From an uncultured Methanosarcinales archaeon (GTDB taxonomy: Archaea; Halobacteriota; Methanosarcinia; Methanotrichales; Methanotrichaceae), in contig CAWJKV010000002.1 of assembly GCA_963843555.1 (NCBI GenBank), forward strand, positions 192,001-256,000: a DNA stretch of 64,000 bases, written 5' to 3'. The notes beneath the pieces were generated by a model, which saw only the letters and a program-made list of their open reading frames with translations, was not told the origin of the DNA and did no database searches. Shown here in pieces: positions 30,471 through 41,156 of the stretch. The position numbers and the translations under genes are program-made. The first letter of the stretch is position 1; every line of letters begins with the position of its first letter.

Positions 30471-30944
30471 ATGAAGACTGCTTTAGCAGTAATGGTGATG
30501 ACAATAGCTTGTCTCTTGGTGCTGGACTGCTCCGCACAAAGCATGGGCAGTTTCCAGAGTGTGGGTGGAGATTTCGGCAAAAATGTGCTGACCAGCCTGA
30601 ATGCTCCGAATTCCCAATCGAATGCTACAAATGCAACTAACGCGACCAACGCAACGAGCGATAATAACAGCCTGTGGAACTGGGGAAGTGTGCCCAAGGG
30701 AAGCCTGCTGGCGAATGGAAAGCTCGTAGCTGATCCATTCAATACCTGGATGTCTACCGATTTCGCCAACAGCGGGATGGCTCAGGTTGGAGTCGATCCT
30801 TATAAAGGATATCCGATCTATGCCTACGAAGTTCCCAATACTGGCGAGACCAAGTATTTCTATATGGATCCTTTGACCGGTGAGCCATTCTATCTGGAAG
30901 GGTATAATGGCGCTGTTGCTCCAGATACAGCCCCAGAGTGGTAG
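30471..30944 (+). CDS. Exported hypothetical protein, paralogue with NAT repeats
   Basis: FQSVGGDFG, (NAT)4, LWNWGSVPKG. Confidence 0.75.
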   Translation: MKTALAVMVMTIACLLVLDCSAQSMGSFQSVGGDFGKNVLTSLNAPNSQSNATNATNATNATSDNNSLWNWGSVPKGSLLANGKLVADPFNTWMSTDFANSGMAQVGVDPYKGYPIYAYEVPNTGETKYFYMDPLTGEPFYLEGYNGAVAPDTAPEW

Positions 30945-31113
30945 CTACGCATTGCCGCCGGTGTTCAGATAGAGTGTTCTTCGGACAGATGGCATAGGCA
31001 GTCTGAATGTATGAGTCCACGTATCTCGCAGCGGCTTATGAAGTCTCAGTTCAATGTTATTGGCAGCGACTGCTGCCATTAATGCATGTGATAAATTAAG
31101 GAGTGATTGATAG

Positions 31114-31548
31114 ATGAAGTATATTGCGATATTTTTATGTTTAGTAGGCCTGGTTGTGGCCCAGGGTTATACCGAATGGCAGCAGGGAGCCTCAGAGGGC
31201 CTCAAGATCGGCTTTGAAATGGGCCAGGCATACGAGAAGGCCCAAAATGGAATCGATATCAGTGGCTTCAATGCTCATGGTAGACAGATACAACGCCTGG
31301 GTTAGAGAGCACTTCGGAGAAGATCCCAATCTGCTCATGCAGAAGATAACAAGCTCCACTGACCTCAGCAAACCGATCCTGATTGCCAATAATACGACAT
31401 TCCAAGGGGATAGTCCATGCGATAGACGGCAACACTCTGCCAGAAGGGACATACACGACCAATGACATGAACCTTTTGCCGGATAGCGCAGTGCTACAGA
31501 ACTCCAGGACCTTCCGGAGAGGGCGGGGCTTGGCTGGGTGGAATCTAG
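31114..31548 (+). CDS. Exported hypothetical protein, frameshifted
   Basis: Signal peptide MKYIAIFLCLVGLVVA; continues in an overlapping frame (VDRYNAWV..HFGEDP). Confidence 0.5.
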
Positions 31549-31940
31549 AGCTTCCAGCCCATTTCCTTTATTTTCTTTTCTCGGCTCATTTGCTATTTTG
31601 GTTCAATATGGATCCAGATCGCTCTTTTCCTTGTTCGTATTTGCCTGAGAGGCACTGCATGCATGATGATGAGAAGTACCACAGTATTTTATAGTTTTAG
31701 GGTACCATAAGTATACGGAGAGAAAAATGCAAGCTCAGGCTAATATACTTTAATAATTAAGTAATATTACCTGTAAAAATATACATTAGATGGCCAGGTT
31801 GTGGAGCTGTGGGGGACGGTTCTTGAAAACAGCCGGCAATCGGTGTTAGACTTCACCAACCACCACTGGGAACGAGTGACTGAGTATCGAATGGCTTCTG
31901 ATAAAAGGCCCTGCCTTGAGCAGGTTTGAGAACCAAAGAA

Positions 31941-33800
31941 ATGAAGACACAAAACAGTAAGAAGGCCACCTCTAACCTGAGGCAGCACACCGAGAATAAG
32001 GTGACGGGAGAAGGGACAATCGACCTCGCTTTCTGAGGCGGATGTGAGGGCGTTCTGTCACGAGCTCGAGGTCCACCAGATCGAACTGGAGATGCAAAAT
32101 GAGGAGCTCAGGCGGGTGCAGGCTGAGCTTGCCGCATCGGAGGAGAAGTACCGCGACCTCTACGAGTTCGCGCCCATCGGCTACTTCACCCTTGAATCGT
32201 CAGGGCAGATTCGAGAGGCAAATCTCGCCGGCGCTTCTCTCCTGGGAGTGGAGCGATCCTGCCTGGTGAACAACCGGTTCCAGTCCCATCTTGACCAGAG
32301 GAGTCTTCCGGAGTTCAATGACTTCTGCCGCCGTGTGATGGAGTCGGATGCTAAGCAGACGGCAATGTTCCGGCTTAATGGCACGGCAAGAAAAGAGAAA
32401 GCTGAACTCTGGGTGCTGATTGAAGCCCGGGCGATCCAGGATGGAATCAGCCACGGCTTCAGGATGGCGGTCATCGACATCACAGAGCGCAAGCGAATGG
32501 AAGAAGAGATAATGGAGAGGACTGCAGAGCTGGTGTTGGCCAAAGAGAATGCAGAGGCTACAACCAGGACCAAGGCAGCGTTCCTGGCCAACATGTCCCA
32601 TGAACTCAGGACGCCCATGAACGCAGTGATTGGATTCTCCGGCCTCCTCCTGGAAGAATCCATGACTGCAGAGCAGAATGAGTTCATCGAAGGCATCAGG
32701 AAAGGAGGCGAAGCTCTCCTGGCCATAATCAATGATATCCTGGATTTCTCCCGGGTGGAAAAAGAGATGGGGCTGGAACGGAGCATCAACCGTTCAGCCT
32801 CAAGGACTGCATCGATGAGTCCCTGGACCTGGTGGCGGTCCAGGCCAGCAATAAGGGTCTCTCTCTGTCCAGCATCATCTTTGACGGCACTCCGGAGGCC
32901 ATCGTCGGAGACCATGGCAGGCTCAGACAGATCCTGGTCAACCTGCTCGCCAACGCCGTCAAGTTCACAGACATGGGAGATGTATCTGTGTCGGTCTCCT
33001 CAAAAACCCTCGAAGATAACAGGCACGAGCTATCCTTTAAGGTTACGGATACCGGCATTGGCATACCCCAGGACAGGATAAACGAAATCTTTGAGCCGTT
33101 TACGCAGGTTGAACGGAATGCAAGACGCAAGCGTGAAGGTGTTGGCCTGGGCCTGGCCATATCCAGGCAGCTTGTGGAGCTCATGGGCGGGAAGATAAAA
33201 GCCGAGAGCGTTCCCGGCCGGGGCACGACCTTTAGCTTCTCAATCCAGGCCGAGACACTTCAAGGCAGACAGCTTGATTCTGGAGAAAAAAAGAAGGAAG
33301 CATCCTTTGAGGTCGCTCCCAAAGGGAAATCTTTACGGGTACTCGTGGCTGAAGACGACCCGCTGAACCAAAAAGTGCTCATGGAGATGCTAAAGCGATT
33401 AGGCTGCAAGCCAGAGGCTGTGTATGATGGTCTGGAAGTCCTCCAGGCCCTGCAAAGCCAGGATTACGATCTGGTGCTGATGGATCTCAGTATGCCGGAA
33501 ATGGATGGGATCACTGCCACTCAGGCGATACGAAAAATTCGGCCAGGGAACGGGCCCAGGATTGTTGCCGTCACAGCCTATGCTCTTAAGGGCGACCGCG
33601 AGAAGTGTCTCGAAGCCGGCATGGACGACTACATCAGCAAACCGGTACAAAAGAAGGAGCTGGAAGCCATTCTGAGGAATATTCATGCCTTCGGAAAGAC
33701 TGCTGAGCTGCTTATCGTGGAAATATTGAAGATATTACTATTGATATTGTCAAAGTGTCTTATTGAAATTGATTTTCCATCTTCCGGCCAAAGGAAGTAA
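31941..33800 (+). CDS. PAS-HisKA-HATPase-REC hybrid histidine kinase, frameshifted
   Basis: [60 protein letters not shown]. Confidence 0.9.
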
Positions 33801-33809
33801 ATACGATTA

Positions 33810-33828
33810 TGCTATCATTTTGATATCA
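33810..33828. promoter_or_regulatory. FitA-type operator TGCTATCA-N3-TGATATCA
   Basis: Imperfect IR 10 nt upstream of the RHH antitoxin start. Confidence 0.6.
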
Positions 33829-33838
33829 AGGAGGCGTT

Positions 33839-34069
33839 ATGGCCCAGATCATTGTGCGAAATCTTGACGAGGCCGTAGTTGATCGGCTAAAGGCCCGCGC
33901 TAGAACTAATGACCGTTCCCTGGAAGCAGAAGTAAGGCTTATCCTGGAACAATCGGCCAAAGTGGATACGGTTCAGGCTCGCCAGATAGTAATGGAGAGG
34001 CGCAAAAAGCTGCAAGGAAGGGAGTTTGTTGATAGCGTTGATCTGATACGCGAGGACAGAGATAGATGA
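33839..34069 (+). CDS. FitA-like ribbon-helix-helix antitoxin
   Basis: MAQIIVRNLDE.V..RLKARA...RSLEAEVR.IL. Confidence 0.9.
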   Translation: MAQIIVRNLDEAVVDRLKARARTNDRSLEAEVRLILEQSAKVDTVQARQIVMERRKKLQGREFVDSVDLIREDRDR

Positions 34070-34500
34070 TAATAGTAATCGATGCCAGCGTAGCTGCAAA
34101 GTGGTTCTTCGATGAAGAACACTCTATGGCGGCTCTAAATCTCCTAGACAATCCTTTTGAGCTTAACGCACCTGATTTCTTCTTTCTGGAAATGAACAGC
34201 CTCCTCTGTAAGAGAGCTCGTCGCCTGGAGCTATCCACCACAGAGGCATTCGAGATGGACGACGAGATCGGATCCATGCCGATTCAATCCTATCCGTCAA
34301 CAGCACTGCGAGAGAGAGCATTTGAGCTGGCTCTGGAAACGAAAAGCAGCATCTACGACTGCCTTTATCTGGCACTCGCCGAAGTGCTTGAGGCGAAAAT
34401 GATCACAGCCGATAGAAAATTTTTCCAGGCGATGCAGACAGTTCCTGCAGGCCGTCGAACGATCTGGGTAGAAGATGTTGAAATTGGTCTTGAGAAATGA
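34066..34500 (+). CDS. vapC: VapC/PIN toxin
   Basis: IVIDASVAAKW, IYDCLYLALA, ITAD; ATGA overlap. Confidence 0.9.
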   Translation: MIIVIDASVAAKWFFDEEHSMAALNLLDNPFELNAPDFFFLEMNSLLCKRARRLELSTTEAFEMDDEIGSMPIQSYPSTALRERAFELALETKSSIYDCLYLALAEVLEAKMITADRKFFQAMQTVPAGRRTIWVEDVEIGLEK

Positions 34501-34586
34501 CAGGCATTTCTGAGTTAGACTTCACTGACAGCCGCCGGGAACGGGTGACTTGATGGATCAAATGGCCGAGAAGGGGACCCTGCCTG

Positions 34587-37500
34587 ATGCAGGATCAAGA
34601 ACCGAAGAAAGAAGAATTGGGAAAAACCCAGGCGGAAGAGCCGGAGGAGGGCCCTCTCGCAGTCGTCGGCATTGGGGCCTCAGCCGGCGGCCTGGAGGCT
34701 TTAAAAGAGTTCTTCACACACATGCCTGCAAAGAGCGGGATGGCGTTCGTCGTCATCTCTCACCAGGATCCGGCACAGACCAGCCTTCTGCCCGAGATCC
34801 TCCAGAGGTACACCGAGATGCCCGTAGTTGAGGTCGGTGAGGATGGAGTGCAAGCCAGGCAAAACACAGTCTATACCAAGCCTTCAGACTCCGACCTCGC
34901 AATCTTCCATGGTAGACTTGTCCTCCTCAAATCCGCCAGGGCAGGCGGAGTGGAAACGACCGTCGATATCTTCTTCAGGCACCTCGCAGAGGACCGGGAC
35001 GGAAAGGCAGTGGGCATAATCCTATCCGGCATGGGGGACGATGGAACTTTGGGCATCCAGGCCCTGAAAGAGTATACTGGCATGGCCATGGCCCAGGACC
35101 CGTCTACAGCCAAGTTCGGGTCCATGCCTCAGAGCGCGATTGCCACCGGGCTGGTGGATTACATCGCTCCTGCCGAGGACCTTCCACGACCGCCTTATTG
35201 AATATATCAGCACCAGGTCGCAGCTAATGCAGGTGCGCCCCATTCAGACAGAGACCCCGGTTCCTGAGAACGCCCTGTCCAGGATCTTCGCCCTTAATTC
35301 GCACCAAGACCCAGCCAGGACTTCTCCCAGTACAAGCGAAGCACTGTCATGCGAAGAATCGAGCGCAGGATGAGCCTGCACCAGCTGACCCGGATGGATG
35401 ACTACATCCGCTACCTCCAGGAGAATCCGCCAGAGGTCGAGATTCTGGCAAAGGAGATGCTCATTGGAGTCACTCAGTTCTTCCGGGACCCCGCTGCCTG
35501 GGAGCGACTTATGCCCGCGCTTTCAGCTCTGATTCAATCCAAACCCGAAGGCAGCATGCTGAGAGTCTGGATAGTGGGCTGCTCAACAGGGGAGGAGGCA
35601 TACACAATGGCCATTATGCTCCAGGAGTACCTCGAGTTCCCTGGGCAAGGTTGGAATTATCCAGTTCCAGATCTTTGCCACGGATACCGATCGAGAGGCC
35701 ATCGATATAGCACGGAGTGGGAAAGTATCCGGCAAACATCGAGGTGGATGTCTCTCCCGCGCGGCTGGAACACTTCTTCACCAGAGAGAACGGGACCTAT
35801 CAGATCAGCGAACGCCTGAGAGAGAACGTGATCTTTGCTCCTCACAATATCATCAGTGATCCGCCGTTCACCCGCCTGGACGTTCTATCCTGCCGGAACC
35901 TCATGATTTACCTGTCCACAGAACTGCAAAAGAAGCTCATTCCGCTCTTCCATTACGCACTGAACCCCGGTGGAATTCTCTTCCTCGGGACTGCTGAATC
36001 GATCGTCGGGTACAAAGACCTCTTCAGGGCTCTGGACAGCAAATGTAAGATCTTCCAGAGGAGCGACGTTCTCACCCATGACGGCCCTGGTGAGCTGCCT
36101 ACGGTATTTGCAGCACCGCTTATCTGCACATGAAGCTCAGGCGTTCCCTGCTGTGGCTAAAGGGCCTTCCATCACCGCGATTGCCCAGGAACAGCTGCTT
36201 GAGAGGTTTGCTCCGCCTGCAGTCATTGTCACCGAGAAGGGCGATATTGTTTACTTCCACGGACATACCGGACCAGTATCTGGAGCCGTCCCCGGGGAAA
36301 GGCAAACCTGAACATCTTTGCCATGGCCCGGGAGGGCCTGAGGTACTCCATACTCTCTGCCCTCCGCACTGCATCCAGAGAGAGTGCGCGAGGTCGGAGC
36401 GGAAGAGCTGATAAGAACGGAGAGCGGGCCAAAAAGGGTCCGCATGACAGTGCAGCCGATACCAAAGCGTCCCAGAATGGCGAATCTCTTCATGGTGACA
36501 TTTGAAGAGGTCCAGGAACCCGAGCCCATGCAGACTCAGGCCGCAGAGCCGGGCAGAGAAGCGCATCTTGCCGGATGCGCGCATTGCAGAGCTGGAGAGA
36601 GAGCTTGTCGATGCCAGAGCACAGTTGCAGCACATGGCCGAGGATATGCAGTCCTCTCAGGAGGAACTGACCAGCATGAATGAGGAGCTCCAATCTGCGA
36701 ATGAGGAACTCCAGAGTACGAACGAGGAGCTGACCACAAGCAAAGAGGAGCTCCAATCGATGAATGAGGAGATGCTCACAGTGAACGCCGAGCTCCAGGC
36801 CAAGATCGAGGAGCTGACCCACAACCAGGACGATATGCGTAACCTGCTGCAGGGCACAAGGATACCCGTTGCTCTTCCTGGACAAAGATCTCCAGGTGCG
36901 TCGGTTCACAGATGAAGCGAAACAGGTCGTCCGACTGATCGAGAATGATATCGGCCGCCCAATCACAGACCTCAAGAGCGAACCTGCTGGATGAGTCCTT
37001 TGCCAGAGATTTGCGAGAGGTGCTGGACACGTCTGCAGTCCAGAGAGAAACAGGTAGAAGACGACTGAAGGGAAATGGTTTCAGATGCGGATCCTGCCCT
37101 ACCGCACCTCCGAGAACCGCATCGATGGCCTGGTCGTCACGTTCAGCGATATCACGGAGATCAAGCAGCTTGAGCATGTCCATTCAGGATGCACGTAACT
37201 ATGCCGAGAACATCATTGCGACCGTCATGGAACCCCTTGTGGTGCTGAACGCTGATTTGAGGGTCGTCTCCGTGAACCGATCGTTCTATACCACATTCAA
37301 AGTAACCCCTGAGGAGACGGAAGGAGAGCTCCTGTTACTCCATTGGAAATGGCCAATGGGATTTGCCGGAGCTCCGCCATCTTCTCGACAGATATTCTTG
37401 AAAAGGATACCGAGTTTGAAGGATTCAAGATAGAGCAGGACTTCCCAGGGATCGGACACCGCACCATGTTGCTGAATGCCCGGAGAATCCATTCCGATCT

Positions 37501-37600
37501 GGGACCTGAGCTGATCCTCCTTGCCATCGAAGATATCACCCATCAGGGCTCCTGCCTCTGCCCAGGAACTCCACAGGGGAGCCGAGAAAGAACCGGAGAT
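34587..37600 (+). CDS. CheB-CheR-coiled coil-PAS fusion protein, multiply frameshifted
   Basis: GIGASAGG, ILSGMGDDG, GCSTGEEAY, DPPF..LD..SCRN, EELQSANEELQSTNEEL repeats, PAS segments. Confidence 0.88.
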
Positions 37601-37608
37601 ACACTAAG

Positions 37609-39388
37609 ATGCAAAATGATAAGACTGCGGCCATCTCTGACCTGAGGCAGCACGCCGAAAACGCAGCGACGAGAGAAGGGACGATCTGATTGGCTCCCTG
37701 AAGCGGATGTGAGAGCGCTCTGCCACGAGCTCGAGGTCCATCAGATCGAACTGGAGCTGCAAAATGAGGAGCTTCTGAGGGTGCAGGCAAAGCTTGCCGC
37801 CTCTGAGGAGAAGTACCGTGACCTCTACGAGTTTGCTCCCATTGGATATCTTCACTCTTGGACCTTCCGGGGAGATTCTGGAAGCAAATCTCTCTGCAGC
37901 CTCTCTCCTGGGAACGGAGCGGGCAAACCTGGTGAATAACCGGTTCCAGGCTTATCTCGACCAGGGCAGCATTCAGGAGTTCGATGACTTCTGCCGCAGT
38001 GTGATAGGAGTCGGATACAAAGCAGACTTCAGAGTTCCGGCTTTACAGCGGGGGAAGGAGAGAGCAAAATCCCCTCTAGTTGCTGATAGAGGCCCGGGCG
38101 ATTCAGGATGGAGTCCATAGCAGTTTCAGGATGGCAATTGTCGATATCACTGTGCGCAAGCGCATGGAAGAAGAGCTCAAAAAGAGGACTGTAGAGCTGG
38201 TGGCGGCCAATGAGGCGGCTCTGGCCGCAACCAAGGTCAAGGCAGCGTTCCTGGCCAACATGTCCCACGAGCTGCGCACGCCCATGAACGCGGTGATAGG
38301 GTTCACAAGTCTCCTCCTCGATGATTACTATGGCTCCAGAGCAGAAGGAGTTCATTGAGGGAATCAGGGAGGGAGGTGAAGCCCTCCTGGCCATAATCAA
38401 TGACATTCTGGATTTCTCCAGGCTGGAAAAGGGGATCGAGCTTGAGAATCATCCATTCAGCCTCAAGCAATGCATTAACGAATCCATGGACCTGGTTGCC
38501 GTCCAGGCCGGTGATAAGGGTCTGAATCTGTCCAGCACCGTCAGATACGGTACACCGGACACAATCGTCGGAGACCACGGCAGGCTGAGACAGATCCTGG
38601 TCAACCTGCTCGCCAATGCCGTCAAGTTCACGGATAAGGGAAGAGTTTCTGTGTCGGTTTCCTCAAGAAGCCTGGAAGATAACAGGCACGAGCTCTCCTT
38701 TAGGGTCGCGGACACAGGCATTGGAATACCCCGGAGCAAGATAGAAGAGATCTTTGAGCCGTTCAATCAGGTTGAAAGTAGCATAAGCCACCAGCAAGGT
38801 GGTGTCGGCCTGGGTCTGGCCATATCCAGGCAGCTTGTAGAGCTCATGGGCGGGAAGATCAAAGCCGAGAGCACTCCTGGCAGTGGCACGACCATCAGCT
38901 TCATAATCCAGGCTGTTGCCGTTCCGGGCAGAAAGCCTGATTTTGCGGAAATTGAAAAGCATGAGTCCGTCGTGGGCGAGGGTAGACTGGAAAAGAAATC
39001 TTTGCGGATACTTGTAGCCGAGGATAACCCATCGAACCAGAAGATGCTCTTGCAGATGCTGAAAAGATTGGGCTACAAGGCAGACGCTGTGGCTGACGGG
39101 CTGGAAGTCCTTCAGTCCCTCAAACGCCAGGATTATGATCTGGTGCTGATGGATGTTCGCATGCCGGAGATGGACGGGATCACTGCCACCCGGGAGATAC
39201 GAAAATTATGGCCCGAGAACGGTCCCAGGATTATTGCCGTCACTGCCTATGCTCTTAAGGGGGACCGCGAGAGGTGTCTTGAAGCCGGCATGGACGACTA
39301 CATCAGCAAACCTATACAAAAAAAAGAGCTGGAGGCCATTCTCAGGAATTATTCGGTGCTTGCTGAAGAGACTGGTGGAAACCGATGA
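37609..39388 (+). CDS. PAS-HisKA-HATPase-REC hybrid kinase, paralogue of 31941-33800, frameshifted
   Basis: Same motifs and long near-identical DNA stretches. Confidence 0.9.
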
Positions 39389-39541
39389 CACTCGTTGAGT
39401 TGAAAGCTGATTCCTTGGTATCGACATCAACAAATCAGGGATTATTGCCTTTCCATTTGTTGAACTCTTAGATGCTGACTTTGCATCCGTTCCCAACATA
39501 TATATTTTCGAAATGCCTATGTTAATTAACGTTTATGGAAG

Positions 39542-40150
39542 ATGGCCATGATGACGAAAGACCTTGAGAGCCTCCTCTCCGAGTTGAAGACCGTTCATGA
39601 CGACCTGCGGCTCATACCCACAGAGACGGTAGTTGTTGCCGATTGGGTTCGGCTGAAATGCAGATACGGCTGCAACAACTATGGAAAGCATCTTTGCTGC
39701 CCGCCCTACACTCCCACTCCAGAGGAGACAAGAAATGTCCTTTCCGAGTACCGGCATGCTGCCCTGGCCCGCTTCGAGGCCAGGCCGGATCAGAAGCTGC
39801 CACCCAAGACCGCCAGCCGGGCTCTCAGCAATTCTGTGGCCAAGATGCATAAGACCGTATCCGAGTTGGAGCGAACTGCATTCCTCGCGGGTTTCTACAA
39901 AGCCTTTGCAATGAATGCTATGCCCTGCGTCTTTTGCGAGAGCTGCGTCATTGAGGAGATGCTGAAAAAAGATCAGGCTGTATTCGATCTGGATAGCGTG
40001 AAATGCAGAAATAAGGAGATCATGCGCCCATCCATGGAGGCCTGCGGCATCGATGTCTTCAAGACAGTGCAAAACGCCGGATACAAGCCCAAAGTGCTCA
40101 AAGATTGCAGGGAATCGGTAGAACTCTTCGGGCTGATACTGCTGGACTAG
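39542..40150 (+). CDS. DUF2284 predicted metal-binding protein
   Basis: KCRYGC..YGK..CCPP, PC..C..C, RPSMEACGIDV. Confidence 0.85.
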   Translation: MAMMTKDLESLLSELKTVHDDLRLIPTETVVVADWVRLKCRYGCNNYGKHLCCPPYTPTPEETRNVLSEYRHAALARFEARPDQKLPPKTASRALSNSVAKMHKTVSELERTAFLAGFYKAFAMNAMPCVFCESCVIEEMLKKDQAVFDLDSVKCRNKEIMRPSMEACGIDVFKTVQNAGYKPKVLKDCRESVELFGLILLD

Positions 40151-40218
40151 AGTTGCAGCGAATATGCCAATAAACCAATGAGCTAATATAATATACCATC
40201 AGGTCTTGTGAAGAACTG

Positions 40219-40491
40219 ATGCAATGGGAATTAGTCGGCTGGGGCGCGGCCGTTTTGACCATGTTCGGATTTGTGCCCCAGATCCTCAAGATCTACAGCA
40301 CGAAGTCGGCAGAAGATGTAAGCCTCTTTATGCTCCTGCAGTTCTGTTTGGGAATCTTCCTCTGGCTGCTTTACGGCCTGCATATCCAGGATGACATTCT
40401 CATCGCCTCCAATACGGTCTCCTTTATAACACTGGTGACAACCGTGGGATTGTGCTGGAGGTACAGAAACAATAATATCAGTTGCCATTAG
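40219..40491 (+). CDS. SemiSWEET/PQ-loop transporter
   Basis: FVPQILK...KSA.DVS, LWLLYG, SN; three TM helices. Confidence 0.85.
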   Translation: MQWELVGWGAAVLTMFGFVPQILKIYSTKSAEDVSLFMLLQFCLGIFLWLLYGLHIQDDILIASNTVSFITLVTTVGLCWRYRNNNISCH

Positions 40492-40780
40492 AACTCTTTT
40501 CCATTCTTTCCCGAATCCTATCCTGCAACCGTTCTAGAGAACCTTTGGTGTTCAGGCGGTTATCGCAGGGAGAAAAATCCTTGGGGCTGCAGCCGGCCAG
40601 AAGATCCATTACTCTGTCCGCGATATCAAAAGCCTCCAGCTCTTCCAGCCGCTCTAGAAAGAGCGAAGAGCGCGAGTTGAACTCCCGGCATTTCCCAGGC
40701 TCTGAGGCACCTAACTCATGCAGTTCGCAGAGTTGATCCAGCTCCTTTTGGATCTCTGTCCAATGTTGTCTATCCATCAT
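40478..40780 (-). CDS. Small Cys-containing hypothetical protein (paralogue of 2220-2498)
   Basis: Shared motifs as noted for 2220-2498. Confidence 0.7.
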   Translation of the reverse strand: MMDRQHWTEIQKELDQLCELHELGASEPGKCREFNSRSSLFLERLEELEAFDIADRVMDLLAGCSPKDFSPCDNRLNTKGSLERLQDRIRERMEKSSNGN

Positions 40781-40787
40781 ATTCAAT

Positions 40788-41045
40788 CTAATGTGCGGCT
40801 CCAAAGACAAAAAGCAATATATCCAACGCAGTCAGAGCTACTATTAATGCAATCCAGTAAAGAGGCTTATTGAAGTACCATGTCCTTGCATTGCGAGCAT
40901 AGATGTAGGCCACATAAGGGATCAATGGCACAATAGACAATAGCGGGTGGGGCTCGACCTTCAAAAGGTAAGTGAAGACGTATCCCTGAATTAGGAGACA
41001 GGCGACGGTTACCAGGCCGACCTTGGCTTGGTTGTTAATTCTCAT
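40788..41045 (-). CDS. Small membrane protein
   Basis: 85 aa with three hydrophobic segments. Confidence 0.6.
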   Translation of the reverse strand: MRINNQAKVGLVTVACLLIQGYVFTYLLKVEPHPLLSIVPLIPYVAYIYARNARTWYFNKPLYWIALIVALTALDILLFVFGAAH

Positions 41046-41156
41046 GGCCTATGCTTCCTCGGCTCTGATTAATAAGCTTTTCAATAGAGAAATATCCGTC
41101 ACCAGATCCCGTATCTGGAAACTATAGGTTCTTTTGCGGCCGATGGTTATTGCCGG

